A stretch of DNA of 64,000 nucleotides from contig JBEKBX010000015.1 of the NCBI GenBank assembly GCA_050015175.1, positions 76,463 through 140,462 of the forward strand, read 5' to 3'. Below are positions 1 through 12,704 of the stretch, piece after piece; positions within the stretch are counted from its first letter, which is position 1; every line of letters begins with the position of its first letter. The translations under genes were made by a program, and so were the position numbers. The DNA comes from Acidimicrobiales bacterium. Its GTDB lineage: Bacteria; Actinomycetota; Acidimicrobiia; Acidimicrobiales; Bog-793. Under the pieces are notes generated by a model that saw only the letters and a program-made list of their open reading frames with translations, was not told the origin of the DNA and ran no database searches.

Positions 1-660
1 GCGAAGATGGCCTTGCGCCTGATGATCCTCGTCGGGATCGGCTACACGGTCGACCGGCACCTGATCCAGAGTCTCCTCGGGCCCGGGACCCTGCCCATCC
101 AGTCGACGATCGCCACAGCCGCGAGCGGCCTGCTCGGTCTCGTCCGAGACATCGTGGGCGCCGCTTTGCTGCTGGCGATCGCCGACTACGCCTTCCAACG
201 ACGGCGGTTCAACGACTCCATGAAGATGTCCAGGGAACAGGTCCGGCGCGAGATGCGCGAGACCGAAGGCAACCCGGAGGTCCGCCGGGCACTGCGGCGG
301 CGGCGCCGGCGTCTTTCCAGGATGCAGATCCTCGCCGGGGTCGCCCGGGCAGACGTGATCGTGGTGAACCCCACTCACTTCTCGGTCGGCCTGTCCTACG
401 ACCGCCACAAGGACAGAGCGCCCCGTGTCGTCACCAAGGGTGACGACGAGGACGCCCTCGCGATCCGGACTGTGGCGCTCGAGCGGGCCGTGCCGATAGT
501 CGAGAACCCGCCGGTCGCGCGTGCGCTTTTCGACGCCTGCGAGATCGGCGACGAGGTGCCGGCCCACCTCTACCAGGTCGTCGCGCGCCTGCTCGCTTTC
601 CTCTACCGGCTGACACCGGCCCAGCGTGCTCTCGTCGACATCCACAAGATGGCCTCGTGA
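1..660 (+). CDS. flhB: Flagellar type III export protein FlhB, C-terminal part (5' end outside window)
   Basis: Frame is open from base 1. Has 'KMSREQVRREMRETEGNPEV' and the NPTH autocleavage motif ('VVNPTHFSVGLSY'). Lies directly upstream of flhA. Confidence 0.9.
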   Translation, partial: AKMALRLMILVGIGYTVDRHLIQSLLGPGTLPIQSTIATAASGLLGLVRDIVGAALLLAIADYAFQRRRFNDSMKMSREQVRREMRETEGNPEVRRALRRRRRRLSRMQILAGVARADVIVVNPTHFSVGLSYDRHKDRAPRVVTKGDDEDALAIRTVALERAVPIVENPPVARALFDACEIGDEVPAHLYQVVARLLAFLYRLTPAQRALVDIHKMAS

Positions 661-743
661 AGGCAAACTGATGCGCCGCCGCGCCGTTAGGAACACGAAG
701 CCAGGATGGCCACCGTTCGGTCAAGGATCGACCCGGACAGACG

Positions 744-2829
<2,086 letters not shown>

Positions 2830-2852
<23 letters not shown>

Positions 2853-3960
2853 GGGAAAGACGATGGAGGCGGCCCGGCAACGGGCGCTCGAGCACCTCGG
2901 TACCGACGTGTCCGAGCTCACGGTCCTCCGCCACGGCAGGGAGCTCTCCGGCGGGCTCTTCGGCTTCTTCCAACGGGAACGCTTCGTGATCGAAGTCGAA
3001 GACCCTCAAGCCGATGCCGCCCGACCGGCCCAGGCCCGTGCGAACGCACCCCAGCCGCCAATACGACAAGCGGCTCTTCCTCAGGCCATCGCTGTACCCG
3101 ATCGCCTGGCTGCGCTGCTCGAGGCCACGACCGACACGGTGGGCCTGTCGTTCGACCGCGAGCTGCGGGGAGTCATAGAGGACGCGGAGGCAGTCGTGTC
3201 CGACGCCGCGGAGACTTCCGGCCTCGTGTCCGCGTCTGTCCTGCCGGCGACCGAGCCGTACTCGATCCCGGCCGGAGGCGGGCCGGCACCACGCGCGATC
3301 ACGCTCGGCGTCAGCGAGACTTCGAGTGCCGCGCTCAGGGACCGCCTCGCCGCGGCCGGTCTCGCCGAGGAGTACCTGCCCGACCCGTTCTTCTCCCAGC
3401 CCGCCCTGGCCCTGCCTCTGCGGCTCGGCGCCCTGCCGCCTCCTTGTCCGGTCCCGTCCCGGCCCGGTGACGTCCTGGTCCTCGTCGGTGACGTGGACGA
3501 GTCTGTCAAGGTCGCAGAACGAGTGGCTCGGCGGATCGGCGAGGACGCAACGGTGATCGTCGTCTCCCACAGGCGCCTCAGCCCCTCGCCCGCCCACGTG
3601 AGGGCCCACAACCCTCTCGAAGCCGGGACCATGGTGCTCAAGCGGCGCTTGGCGGGGCTCGTCAGCGTGGTCGTGCTCGACTCGCTCTGCCGTGACGGCT
3701 TCGTGCCGCTCGCCGTCGCAGGCCTGCGGCCCGATGCCTCCTGGGCAGTCGTGCCCGCCTCGTGGGACGAGGGGCGGGCACGCACTCTCGAGAGCGTGGT
3801 CGGTCGCTTCGCCGCCATCGCCATCTACGGGTTCCTTTCGACGGATCGTCCGGCCGGCCTGATCGGTCGGGGTTGGCCAGTCGCCTACCTCGACGGTTGG
3901 GAAGCGAGTCCGCTCTCGATCGCGGCCCGGCTGGTCGAAGCAGTGACGGCGGACCTGTGA
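2830..3960 (+). CDS. FlhF-like protein with degenerate GTPase motifs
   Basis: N-terminus 'RFEGKTMEAARQRALEHLGTDVSELTVL' resembles the FlhF N-domain and the gene sits after flhA. The expected P-loop position reads 'VLVLVGDVDESVKVA' (no GxxGxGK[ST]) and the G3-like position reads 'VVLDSLCRDG'. Confidence 0.55.
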
Positions 3961-4247
3961 TGCGCGAGAAGCTCAGCGTCTTCGCCGCGGATGTCAACCG
4001 TTTCGGGCCGCTCGCCGTCGTCTCGCTCGCGACCGTCGTGTGTCTGCCGAGCCTGCTCGAGTTCCTCTCGGGCCGGCTCGCCATCGCCTCGATGCTCGGG
4101 CGGTACTGCGCCGCCTTCGTGCTCGCGACCCTCGGCGTGAAGTTCGTCTCGTGGGTCGTGCTCAGATACGCGGTCAAGAACGCGACAGACACAGAGCTGG
4201 CGGCATCACACAGATCCACTGACGGAGCAGGTGACCGACGCAGTTAG
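3960..4247 (+). CDS. Small membrane protein (95 aa), flagellar locus
   Basis: ATG overlaps the upstream stop (TGATG). Two or three hydrophobic segments ('GPLAVVSLATVVCLPSLL', 'YCAAFVLATLGVKFVSWVVL'). No family recognised. Confidence 0.4.
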   Translation: MREKLSVFAADVNRFGPLAVVSLATVVCLPSLLEFLSGRLAIASMLGRYCAAFVLATLGVKFVSWVVLRYAVKNATDTELAASHRSTDGAGDRRS

Positions 4248-4273
4248 TAGTCAACGGCTAAGGAGGTACGGCA

Positions 4274-4783
4274 GTGAGCGAGCAGTATGCGTTCATCGAG
4301 GACGCAGAGCAAGACGCAATTGACAATCTCGTGGCGACCACACGCCAGCTTGTCGAGGCTGTGCTCGTCGTCGAGCTCCGACTCGCGGCGGTCGCCGCGC
4401 TCACCGAGAAATTCGGGAGCCGCTACGCCGAGCGCGCGACGATCGAGCTCCAGGGGGCCAGTGAACGGCTCAAGGTCATCGAGGAGAGGCGCCGCGCGGC
4501 CCTGTCGGTAGCGACGTCGCTTCTCGGCAACCCTTCGGTGGCGACGATCGACGAACTGGTCGATGTGAGCCCCGGGCCGATTCGCCAACTGCTGGCTGAC
4601 TCAAGGGCGGATCTGATCGCGGCCCGCGACCGGATCGACGTCCTAAGAGGCAAGGCCGAGGACATCCTCGGGCGACGGATCGCTCTGGTCGTGGAGGCGC
4701 TCACCGCCCCAGGGGGGGCGCTCGAGGCCACCTACGGTCGTGAGCACCGGCCTCGCTCCCGGGTTGTGAGCGGAGTGTTATGA
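4274..4783 (+). CDS. FlgN-like flagellar chaperone (tentative)
   Basis: AGGAGG lies 7 nt upstream of GTG 4274. Helical, coiled-coil-like 169-aa protein. ATGA overlap with flgK. The position upstream of flgK-flgL is typical of flgN. Confidence 0.45.
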   Translation: MSEQYAFIEDAEQDAIDNLVATTRQLVEAVLVVELRLAAVAALTEKFGSRYAERATIELQGASERLKVIEERRRAALSVATSLLGNPSVATIDELVDVSPGPIRQLLADSRADLIAARDRIDVLRGKAEDILGRRIALVVEALTAPGGALEATYGREHRPRSRVVSGVL

Positions 4784-6225
4784 GCGACCTCAGCCTGCAG
4801 ATCGCGGCCTCGGGCATCGAGGCCGACCAGGCCGAGCTGGACACTGCCGCCAACAACCTCTCCAACGTCAGCACGCCCGGCTACGCCGAGGAGGTGGTGA
4901 ACCTTCAGAACATCACACCCTCGACGACGACAGGTGTCGGCGAAGGCGTCGCGGTGAGGTCGGTCACCGAGGACGGCTCTGCTCTCTACGACCAGCTCAA
5001 CCTCGTCTCCCAGGGTCAGCTCGGCTCCGCCAACGAGGCGGCGTCGGTACAGAACCTCACCCAGAACGTCTTCCCCGAACCGAGCACAACGGGGCTGCAG
5101 GCGCAACTGAGCCAGCTCTGGACCGACATGTCGACGTTGGCCACCCAACCCTCCAACGCCGGCGCCCAGGAAAGCGTCGTGCAGGACGCGAGCCAGGTGT
5201 CGCAGAGCTTGAACGGCGCCTGGTCGCAGTTGTCCGACGTCGCCCAGCAGCTCTCGAACGACCTCGAAGGACAGGGCAGCACCAACGGTGGGTTTGTCGG
5301 GCAGGCGAACCAGCTCATCAACCAGATCGCCACCTTGAACGGCGACATCGTCGCCGGCCAGAACGGCGGGACGGACGTGAACTCGCTCGTCGACCAGCGC
5401 CGCCAGGCGGTGAACCAGCTCGGCACGCTCCTCGGCGTCCGCACCACGACCGAGCCGAACGGCACCTTGACGGTCACCTCAGGTGGCATCCAGCTGGTCA
5501 ACTCGACCAACGCCGTCGATCTCCAGGCAACAGGCTCCGCCGCCTCTGGCGACCTGGGTGTCGAGACGACGACAGGCAACGTGCTCCCCTCCGGGGGACA
5601 GATCGGCGCCCTCCTCACAGGGGTGAACACGACGATCCCGGACTACCAGTCGCAGCTCAGCTCGATCGCCGACTCCCTCGCGCAGAGCCTCAACACCCTC
5701 CAGTCGAACGGCGTGAGCGCTCAGGGGATCCCGGGGGCCACGTCCAGTGCCGGAGCACCGCCCTACACAGGGTCGTTGCTGCCCTCGATCTTCGTGGACA
5801 ACGCGAGCTCGACGACCTACACCCCGGGGGCCGGGTCCGCACAGTCCATCGCCGTCAACCCGGCGCTTCTCGCCAACCCGTCGCTCATCGCCACGGCGTC
5901 GGGTACCTCGACGGCCGGCACGGCGACGATCGACCCGACGACCGCTCAGGCGATGGCTGCTGTCGGGCAGGCTTCAGGAGGACCGGACGACCTCTACCAG
6001 ACCCTCATAGGCCTCGTCGGATCGCAAACCGCGGCGGCAAACAACAACCAGACCTCGGCGCAGGCGCTGTCGGATTCCACGACAGCCCAGCTCTCAAGCG
6101 TGGAAGGGGTCGACACAAATCAGGAGACGGTCAACATGCTCTCTGCACAGCAGGCATACCAGGCCACAGCTGCGGTCATCAACAGCACTACGACGGCGCT
6201 CGAGGCGCTGCTGGCGGCGGTGTGA
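4780..6225 (+). CDS. flgK: Flagellar hook-associated protein 1 FlgK
   Basis: N-terminus 'IAASGIEADQAELDTAANNLSNVSTPGYAEE' and C-terminus 'NQETVNMLSAQQAYQATAAVI'. Confidence 0.9.
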   Translation: MSDLSLQIAASGIEADQAELDTAANNLSNVSTPGYAEEVVNLQNITPSTTTGVGEGVAVRSVTEDGSALYDQLNLVSQGQLGSANEAASVQNLTQNVFPEPSTTGLQAQLSQLWTDMSTLATQPSNAGAQESVVQDASQVSQSLNGAWSQLSDVAQQLSNDLEGQGSTNGGFVGQANQLINQIATLNGDIVAGQNGGTDVNSLVDQRRQAVNQLGTLLGVRTTTEPNGTLTVTSGGIQLVNSTNAVDLQATGSAASGDLGVETTTGNVLPSGGQIGALLTGVNTTIPDYQSQLSSIADSLAQSLNTLQSNGVSAQGIPGATSSAGAPPYTGSLLPSIFVDNASSTTYTPGAGSAQSIAVNPALLANPSLIATASGTSTAGTATIDPTTAQAMAAVGQASGGPDDLYQTLIGLVGSQTAAANNNQTSAQALSDSTTAQLSSVEGVDTNQETVNMLSAQQAYQATAAVINSTTTALEALLAAV

Positions 6226-6226
6226 C

Positions 6227-7129
6227 ATGAGAGTCACCGACATGACACTCGCAAATCAGCTCTCGGGTGACCTCGCGAGCCAGCAGGCGACGATCACCTC
6301 GCTCGACGAGCAGCTCTCGTCCGGAGACGCGCTCATGTCCCCTTCGGACAACCCTGTAGCGGTCGCGGACTCCCTCGGGTACAACCGCCAGATCGCTCAG
6401 GCGGCGTCGGACCAGAGCAACGCCACGATCGCCCAGTCCTGGCTCGGTATCGGCAACCAAACCGCCAATCAGGTGGTCGACACGCTCCAGTCCGTGAACA
6501 CGACGGTGCTCCAGGCCCTCAACACCGGCTCGAACAACACCCAGACCTACAGCGAGATGGCCCAGCAGGTGCAGGGCTTGATGTCCCAACTGGTCGGCCT
6601 CGCGAACACCCAATACGGCAACACGCCCATCTTCGGGGGCACCGCGGGTGTCAGCCAGCCGTACTCCTCTACGGGCGCCTACAGCGGAAACTCCCAGCCG
6701 TTCACCATCAGCGTCGGCAATGGTGCCCCGGTCGCGGTCTCTGTGTCCGGTGACCAGATGTTCGGCGGAGGGACCTCGGGCGTCCAGAGCGTCTTCACGA
6801 CATTGCAGAACATCGTGACCCACCTCCAGGCTGGTCCCGGCTCGGCCTCCTATGCGGGGCTCCAGGCCGACCTGAACGACCTGAGCACGAACATGACCCA
6901 GGCGGAGCAGGCCGCGACGACGCTAGGAACCTCGACACAAGCGGTGTCGACCGCCTCCACCGCGGCCCAGAACACTTCGACACAGCTCCAGACGGTCCTC
7001 TCCAAGACCGTGTCGACCGACGTCCCCACGGTCACCGCCGCCCTCCAGTCCGACCTCACGACCTATCAGGCCGCGCTCTACGCTGTCTCGCAGACGGTGC
7101 CCGAGACGCTGGCCCAGTTCCTCAAGTAG
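6227..7129 (+). CDS. flgL: Flagellar hook-associated protein 3 FlgL
   Basis: Flagellin-like N-terminus 'LSSGDALMSPSDNPVAVADSLGYNRQI'. Immediately follows flgK. Confidence 0.85.
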   Translation: MRVTDMTLANQLSGDLASQQATITSLDEQLSSGDALMSPSDNPVAVADSLGYNRQIAQAASDQSNATIAQSWLGIGNQTANQVVDTLQSVNTTVLQALNTGSNNTQTYSEMAQQVQGLMSQLVGLANTQYGNTPIFGGTAGVSQPYSSTGAYSGNSQPFTISVGNGAPVAVSVSGDQMFGGGTSGVQSVFTTLQNIVTHLQAGPGSASYAGLQADLNDLSTNMTQAEQAATTLGTSTQAVSTASTAAQNTSTQLQTVLSKTVSTDVPTVTAALQSDLTTYQAALYAVSQTVPETLAQFLK

Positions 7130-7163
7130 GGTCTCGCCGGCCCGGTTCCGAAAGGAAGCGTTC

Positions 7164-7637
7164 ATGCCAGTTGCAACAGAGCTTCGTGTGCTCCCCGCAT
7201 TGGAGCTCACCTTCCCCGTCGGTCTCCCCGGCTTCAAGGGTGCTCGGCGGTTCCGCCTCGAGCCGCTCGGTGACGGTGTGACGCTCAACCCATTCGGCAG
7301 GCTCGTTGCTCTGGAGCCGGTGACTCTGGCCGACGGTTCGTTCGCCGAGGCGGTTCGCCTGATCGTCGCGGCACCCGGCCTGCTCTGGCCCGACTACACC
7401 GTGGAGATCGACGACGCCACCGAGGCCCTGCTCGAGATCGACGAGGCCCGCGACGCCGCCGCCCTCGTCGTGGTGACGCTCGGCCACTCGATCGAGACCT
7501 CGACCGCGAACCTTTTCGCGCCGCTCGTGTTCAACATCTCCAAGCGGCTCGCGACCCAGATGGTGCCGATGGGATCACTGGACGACCCAGGACACTGGCC
7601 GATCCACGCACCGTTGCCGCTCCTATCGCCGTCGTAG
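7164..7637 (+). CDS. fliW: Flagellar assembly factor FliW
   Basis: 'LELTFPVGLPGFKGARRFRLEPL' N-terminal signature. Size (157 aa) and locus context fit. Confidence 0.85.
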   Translation: MPVATELRVLPALELTFPVGLPGFKGARRFRLEPLGDGVTLNPFGRLVALEPVTLADGSFAEAVRLIVAAPGLLWPDYTVEIDDATEALLEIDEARDAAALVVVTLGHSIETSTANLFAPLVFNISKRLATQMVPMGSLDDPGHWPIHAPLPLLSPS

Positions 7638-7647
7638 CCTTCGGATC

Positions 7648-7665
7648 GCCCCACTTAAGGGGCGG
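7648..7665. terminator. Hairpin between convergent fliW and glycosyltransferase genes
   Basis: CGCCCC-ACTTAA-GGGGCG, 6-bp GC stem, in the 32-nt convergent gap. No clear U-tract. Confidence 0.4.
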
Positions 7666-7669
7666 TCGG

Positions 7670-9424
7670 TTATGAGGCTGCCGACAATACTGGCGGGACG
7701 GTGAGCCGGCGCCGCACGAGATCACCCGGCCGGTCGAGCCACTCCTCGAAACGGGCCCCGCTGCCGAGCAGGCGAACGGCCTCGAGCGTCGTTGTCACAT
7801 CGACGGGCCGACGCGCCTCGAGCGTTGCGAGCAGCCCCAGGTAGTAGTAGTCCGCGAAGGCTGCGTTGCCGGCGGCGAGGTGCATGGCGAGGCTCAGCGC
7901 CTCCGAGGCGCGCCCGCCTTCGATCAAAGACAGGAGCACCCACCGACCGAGGATCGCCTGGGCGGGCTCCGGCGACTGCTGGCACTGGCCGGCGAACCAC
8001 GAGAAGGCCGCGTCATAGAGCCCCTCCCGCAGGAGGTCGATCCCGAACTGATACCTCGCGTCGTCGACCGGGGACTGCGAGCGAGCAGGAAGGTAGGCCC
8101 TCCCTGTGCCCGCGAGTCCGCCCTTCTTGTGCGCCACCACCCTCCATCGGACGAGCTGGTACTCGCCATGCGACGGCTGGGCAACCGGGATCGCGAAATG
8201 CCCGTAAGGCGATGCCTGGACGAGCTCGTCCAGCCGCGATCTGTCCTCTTCGTGGTCGAACTCGAGATCGTCGACGGCTATCTCGACTTCGGCCGGCGGA
8301 GCCGGTGGCAGGCTATCCACGAGTGCCCTGAATCTCTCCAGCAGCTCTGCTGTGATCACCGACCAGTTGTAGAGGGCAGCCGTCTCGAGCCCCGTCGAAA
8401 CCAGACCCTCCGCGAGCTCGGGGTCATCGAGCACACGCCTGACCGCTGCCAGAAGGGCGCGGACGTCGCCGACTGGTGCGAGCAGGCAGTTCTCGCCGTC
8501 GCGGGCGTATGCGAGGATGCCGTCGTTGTTAGTCGATACGACCGGAGTGCCGGAGGCCATCGCCTCGAGGGGCGGGAGCGGGAACGACTCATAGCGGGAG
8601 GTCCCGACGTAGACCGACGCACAGCGGAAGTAGCGGGCGAGGGCGTCCTGAGAGGGGGCGACGACGGTTCCTCCCATCTTTCTGCCCAAGGGAGGATTCG
8701 GCGTGATCCAGACGATGTCGACGTCGGGATGACTGGCGGCGAGGCCCTCGGCCACCCGCCGTGCCACGTCGATGCCCTTGAATGCCGAGCCGTCCCAGCC
8801 GACAAAGACGACGCTCCGCTTCGCCCGCTTTTCGGAAAGGGGGTGGAAGACTTCGGTGTCGACGGCGTTGCTGATCCGGTGTGCGAAGACGCCATAGCGC
8901 TCGGCGAGGGCGTTCTCGGCCGCCTCGCCAACTGTGATCGTCCAGTCCGCCGCCCCGAGCGACGCCTCCACGACGGGCCTTATCCCGGCGGGAACCTCGT
9001 CATAAAGGTGGAAGTCGCCCTGCTCGAAGTGCACCACCGGGGCGATCCCGAGCCTGCGCGCCGAAATGACCTCGTCCCAGTAGCCCGCGACGATGAGGTC
9101 ACACGGCGGCACCGACTCGCACAAGGCCTGGCCGAAGGGGACCTCAACGAAGTCGGTCGCGAGATCGAGCCAGCCGGGCCTCGGGAAGTGCGAGACGACG
9201 GTCACGTTCACACCAAGACGAGAAGTGTGGTTCGCGTGTTCGAGCAGGACACGCGCTCCTCCGCCCGCTGCCGTGCGCGGCATTAGGTAGACAACCCGCA
9301 GCAGCTCCCCGGTGCGCCTGGTCCGGTACAACGGGGGCAGGGGTTCGCCGATGACCGCTGCCATCGCCGTGAGCTCGGCGACGCGGGCGGCGGCGACTGC
9401 GACCTCTGGGCCGGGAAGGCTCAT
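7670..9424 (-). CDS. GT-B (GT4/GT1-type) glycosyltransferase with C-terminal helical-repeat extension
   Basis: 'GTPVVSTNNDGILAYARDGENCLLAPVGDV' GT-B C-terminal signature. ATG 9424 overlaps the stop of the upstream orf (TGATG). The 616-aa track ORF start at 9520 was rejected. Confidence 0.75.
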   Translation of the reverse strand: MSLPGPEVAVAAARVAELTAMAAVIGEPLPPLYRTRRTGELLRVVYLMPRTAAGGGARVLLEHANHTSRLGVNVTVVSHFPRPGWLDLATDFVEVPFGQALCESVPPCDLIVAGYWDEVISARRLGIAPVVHFEQGDFHLYDEVPAGIRPVVEASLGAADWTITVGEAAENALAERYGVFAHRISNAVDTEVFHPLSEKRAKRSVVFVGWDGSAFKGIDVARRVAEGLAASHPDVDIVWITPNPPLGRKMGGTVVAPSQDALARYFRCASVYVGTSRYESFPLPPLEAMASGTPVVSTNNDGILAYARDGENCLLAPVGDVRALLAAVRRVLDDPELAEGLVSTGLETAALYNWSVITAELLERFRALVDSLPPAPPAEVEIAVDDLEFDHEEDRSRLDELVQASPYGHFAIPVAQPSHGEYQLVRWRVVAHKKGGLAGTGRAYLPARSQSPVDDARYQFGIDLLREGLYDAAFSWFAGQCQQSPEPAQAILGRWVLLSLIEGGRASEALSLAMHLAAGNAAFADYYYLGLLATLEARRPVDVTTTLEAVRLLGSGARFEEWLDRPGDLVRRRLTVPPVLSAAS

Positions 9425-9726
9425 CAGAACACCGAGTTGACGACGCCGCCGGCTCTGCACGGCTCTATGCGGCGGCGGGCTTCGATCGAGCGCATGGAGG
9501 TGAGCACTTCCTCGATCCATGTCCTCACCTGTGCGGCTAAGCGCTCGGTCTCCGCCAACATGACCGCCGCGCTCTCGGCGTGCTCGAGTGGGACGATGCC
9601 GGCCGGATGGCGGAGGTCCCGCTTCGGCACGACGAAGGCGTTGCGTTGCTCGAGCGATCCCGACACCGTCCGGAGGTAGTCCTCCAGCGCGTCCAGGTAC
9701 TCAGGCCACCCCGGCTGTGGCTCCAC
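9424..9726 (-). CDS. Hypothetical 100-aa protein downstream of fliS
   Basis: GTG start. Helical, and coupled to the downstream glycosyltransferase. No family recognised (FliT-like position). Confidence 0.4.
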   Translation of the reverse strand: MEPQPGWPEYLDALEDYLRTVSGSLEQRNAFVVPKRDLRHPAGIVPLEHAESAAVMLAETERLAAQVRTWIEEVLTSMRSIEARRRIEPCRAGGVVNSVF

Positions 9727-10123
9727 CGGCCTCGCCTTTCTCTAGTTCGATTGCGACGGCTTCCATCCACGCGGCGTGCAACGGGGCGATGATGCCCTGG
9801 CACTGCCCGATGACGGTCAGGTCCTTGAAAAGGTTCGCCTTCACGAGAAGGTCGATCAGGGTGTTGTAGAGCCTACGGAGGTCATCCCCACCGTGGAAGC
9901 CGGCGGGCCTGAGGCCGGTCCGGAGCACTATCACGATCTTCTGGGCGTGCTGGAGGCAGGAGTCAGCGTTCTCGTAGTCGTTCGCCTCGATGTAGCGCCT
10001 GGCCAGCTCCACGTCGTGCGCCAGCCTGTCGTACAGGCGGACGATGAGCATCGGGCCAGAGTTGACCGTCTTGGCCGCGGTGTCGCTGTAGGCATTTGCG
10101 ACATCTTGTTCAGTTAGTGCCAT
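9701..10123 (-). CDS. fliS: Flagellin-specific chaperone FliS
   Basis: 'LIVRLYDRLAHDVELARRYIEANDYENADSCLQHAQKIVIVLRTGL'. GGAGAG lies 7 nt upstream of ATG 10123. Confidence 0.85.
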   Translation of the reverse strand: MALTEQDVANAYSDTAAKTVNSGPMLIVRLYDRLAHDVELARRYIEANDYENADSCLQHAQKIVIVLRTGLRPAGFHGGDDLRRLYNTLIDLLVKANLFKDLTVIGQCQGIIAPLHAAWMEAVAIELEKGEAGGATAGVA

Positions 10124-10148
10124 ATGCTCACTCTCCACTCGTGCTGCC

Positions 10149-12683
10149 CTAGGAACTTGACGAACTGCTTCCTCCTGTCAACGACCCGAGAGAGTCCGAC
10201 GATGTGCCGTACATGCTCGAGAGGTACGACGACTGGCTCTTCAAAGTGGCGAGGGTCGCCTCGAGACTGTTGAACTCCGCCTGCAGCTGCTGTTGCTGCT
10301 GGACGACCATCTGCTGCTCGACGGTGATCTGGTCACCGAGCTGTTTCGAGGTGTTCTGCATCGCCGCGATCTTCGAGGGGAGCTCGCCGTTCGGGGTGGC
10401 CGATGCGCTCGCCATCAGGTTGGCGAGGCCACCGGCGAGCCCGGCGGTGTACGTGAACTGGCCGAGGGACGTCGGCGATGTGATCCCCGGCGTCGTCACG
10501 AGCAATGAGAGACCGGCGAGCGTCGCGTCGGTGCTGGGTGCCGCGAGGACCTGTCCGTCCCCCGAAGCCGCGACACCGTTGATCGTTCCCGCCACGTTCG
10601 AGCCGACAAACGACGAGCCGACCAGGCCCAGCTGGTCGGACCCCGACGAGCTCACAGAGAACGAGGCCTGCGAGCCGTAGTCGGAGGAGGTGATCTGGAG
10701 CGAGGACCCCGAGCCGTTCCCGACCACCTGCGCCGAGAGGTCGAGACCTGCTTGCGCGAAGGCGGCGTCGAACCCGGAGGCGACCTGGGCGAGCGACTCC
10801 CCCGCTTGCAAGGCGTAGGTGGCGCTCTGGCCGCCGGAGCTGACCGTGTAGCTCTCCGGCGCGGACACCGCCGACGGGGCGGATGCGAAGCTAGCTGTGC
10901 CGGTGTCCTCGGCCTGGGCGGCGGACTGGCTCACGACGACGGAATAGCTACCCGGCTGGCTGTTGTCGCTTGCGTAGACGAAGCTCACGTCGCCGGTCGC
11001 GGCCGGCGCACCAGCGCCCGGCACGAAAGTCCCGCCCTCGGTGAACAGTTGTGCGACGGCCGACGGGTTCTTCGCGTAGTCCGTGGCGAAGGTCGCGGCG
11101 TCGAAGTTGATCTGGCCGGTCTTGGCGTCTATCGATAGCCCGGCCGCGCTGCCGGCGGTGCCGAGGTCGGCAGCGCTGGAGGTTCCGATCGCCTGTCCGA
11201 CCGTCGCGAGGATCTGCTGGCCGAGGTTCTCGAGCTCGAAGTCGCCGTTCAGGGGTCCGGCGGTGTTGGTGGTCTGGTCGTAGGCCGTGTCGGTGGAGAT
11301 CGTCTGAAGGACTGTGTTCGCCGCGGTCACGAAGGTCTGGACCAGGCTCGCCGCCGCTTGCCCGTCGGGGCTCACCGTCACCGTCACCGGCGAGCTGGAC
11401 ACGCCCTGGAGCGCGATGCTCACGCCCGGCATCACCCCGGTCACGGTGTTCGAGGCCGAGCGCACCTCGTAACCGCCGGCCCCGCCGAGGCTTATGACCG
11501 CATCCTGGCCCGCGGTCGTCGTGGCGAGCGAGCCGAGGCCGGAGCTCGAGAATGCGGAAGGGTCCACCGAGACGTCGTTTGACGCGCCCGTCGTGTCCGA
11601 GCTGATGGACAGTGCGTACTGGTCCTGGCCGACATCGAGCGACTCCGCTGTCACACCGACGTCGGCGGCGTTGATCGCCGAGACGACCGAGGCGAGCGAC
11701 CCGTTGCCCACCGAGACGTTCTGCGCCATGACGCTGCCCATGTTGAGGCCGCCGGCATTGAGGCTCGCCTGCACCGAGCCTCCCGATCCGGAGCTGAGAG
11801 TCACGGGTGTGGTGCCTGTCGCGGCGATGTCGGAGATGGTGTTGGCCTGTCCGTCGACGGTGATGATCCCGTCAGTCCCGTTGACGGCATCGCCGGAGGT
11901 GAGCCCGAGTGCCCCGTTCGCCGAACCTGAGCCGATCTCAAGAGTCGCCTGCGAGCCCTGTTCGGTCGTGGTCAGCGTGAGCTGGCCGGTATTGTTGACC
12001 TGGGCAGTGAGGAGCCCACCGGAGGCCGTGGCGATGGCGGAGGCGAGCTGCTGGGACGTGTAGGTCCCGTTCGCGATCGTGAACGAGCTCGCCGTCCCGT
12101 CGATCGAGACGCTGAGCTGGTCGTTCGAGGATGAGATCTGTGTGGAAGAAGCGATCGCCGATGAGCCGGCGACGCTGGCGCCGGCTGATGCCTGGGTGAC
12201 GGCGATGCTGTGCGCGCCGGTCGTGAGGCCCGTACCGGAGATCGACCCGATCCCGAGGGCGGAGGCGCCTGCGGCGATGAGGAGGTTGCCGCTCGAAACG
12301 ACGTCGTCGACCGAGGACACCGTGCCGCTCGACACGAGCGTGTCCGCGGTGGCGAGCTGGTCGACCGAGAACGTCGTCGAACCGGGGCTCGCCCCGGTCC
12401 CGGTGGTCGCCGTGGCCACCGAGGAGTTCGTGGAGCTGGCTGAGATCGCACTTGCAAAAGCATCCGGGGCGCTCACCTGGTCAGCAGCGGTCTGGAGCGC
12501 CTGGAGCTGCTGCTCGATCGTCTGGTAGGCCGAGACCTCGTCGTTGACGGTTGTCTGCTGGTTCTGGAGCTGGGTCAGCGGCGCCTCGTCGATCTGCAGG
12601 TAGGCGCTCATGATCTGCTCGGTGTCGAGGCCCGACTCGATCCCGGTGAAGGTGACGGGGGCCGTGGAACCGATGTCCGTCAT
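10149..12683 (-). CDS. fliD: Flagellar filament cap protein FliD (unusually long, 844 aa)
   Basis: N-terminus 'FTGIESGLDTEQIMSAYLQIDEAPLTQLQNQQTTVNDEVSAYQ' and C-terminus 'LQAEFNSLEATLATLKSQSSYLSSM'. Long Ser/Thr/Gly/Ala-rich middle. Confidence 0.85.
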   Translation of the reverse strand: MTDIGSTAPVTFTGIESGLDTEQIMSAYLQIDEAPLTQLQNQQTTVNDEVSAYQTIEQQLQALQTAADQVSAPDAFASAISASSTNSSVATATTGTGASPGSTTFSVDQLATADTLVSSGTVSSVDDVVSSGNLLIAAGASALGIGSISGTGLTTGAHSIAVTQASAGASVAGSSAIASSTQISSSNDQLSVSIDGTASSFTIANGTYTSQQLASAIATASGGLLTAQVNNTGQLTLTTTEQGSQATLEIGSGSANGALGLTSGDAVNGTDGIITVDGQANTISDIAATGTTPVTLSSGSGGSVQASLNAGGLNMGSVMAQNVSVGNGSLASVVSAINAADVGVTAESLDVGQDQYALSISSDTTGASNDVSVDPSAFSSSGLGSLATTTAGQDAVISLGGAGGYEVRSASNTVTGVMPGVSIALQGVSSSPVTVTVSPDGQAAASLVQTFVTAANTVLQTISTDTAYDQTTNTAGPLNGDFELENLGQQILATVGQAIGTSSAADLGTAGSAAGLSIDAKTGQINFDAATFATDYAKNPSAVAQLFTEGGTFVPGAGAPAATGDVSFVYASDNSQPGSYSVVVSQSAAQAEDTGTASFASAPSAVSAPESYTVSSGGQSATYALQAGESLAQVASGFDAAFAQAGLDLSAQVVGNGSGSSLQITSSDYGSQASFSVSSSGSDQLGLVGSSFVGSNVAGTINGVAASGDGQVLAAPSTDATLAGLSLLVTTPGITSPTSLGQFTYTAGLAGGLANLMASASATPNGELPSKIAAMQNTSKQLGDQITVEQQMVVQQQQQLQAEFNSLEATLATLKSQSSYLSSMYGTSSDSLGSLTGGSSSSSS

Positions 12684-12704
12684 GGTCTCTCCTCTGGCTC
12701 CTCA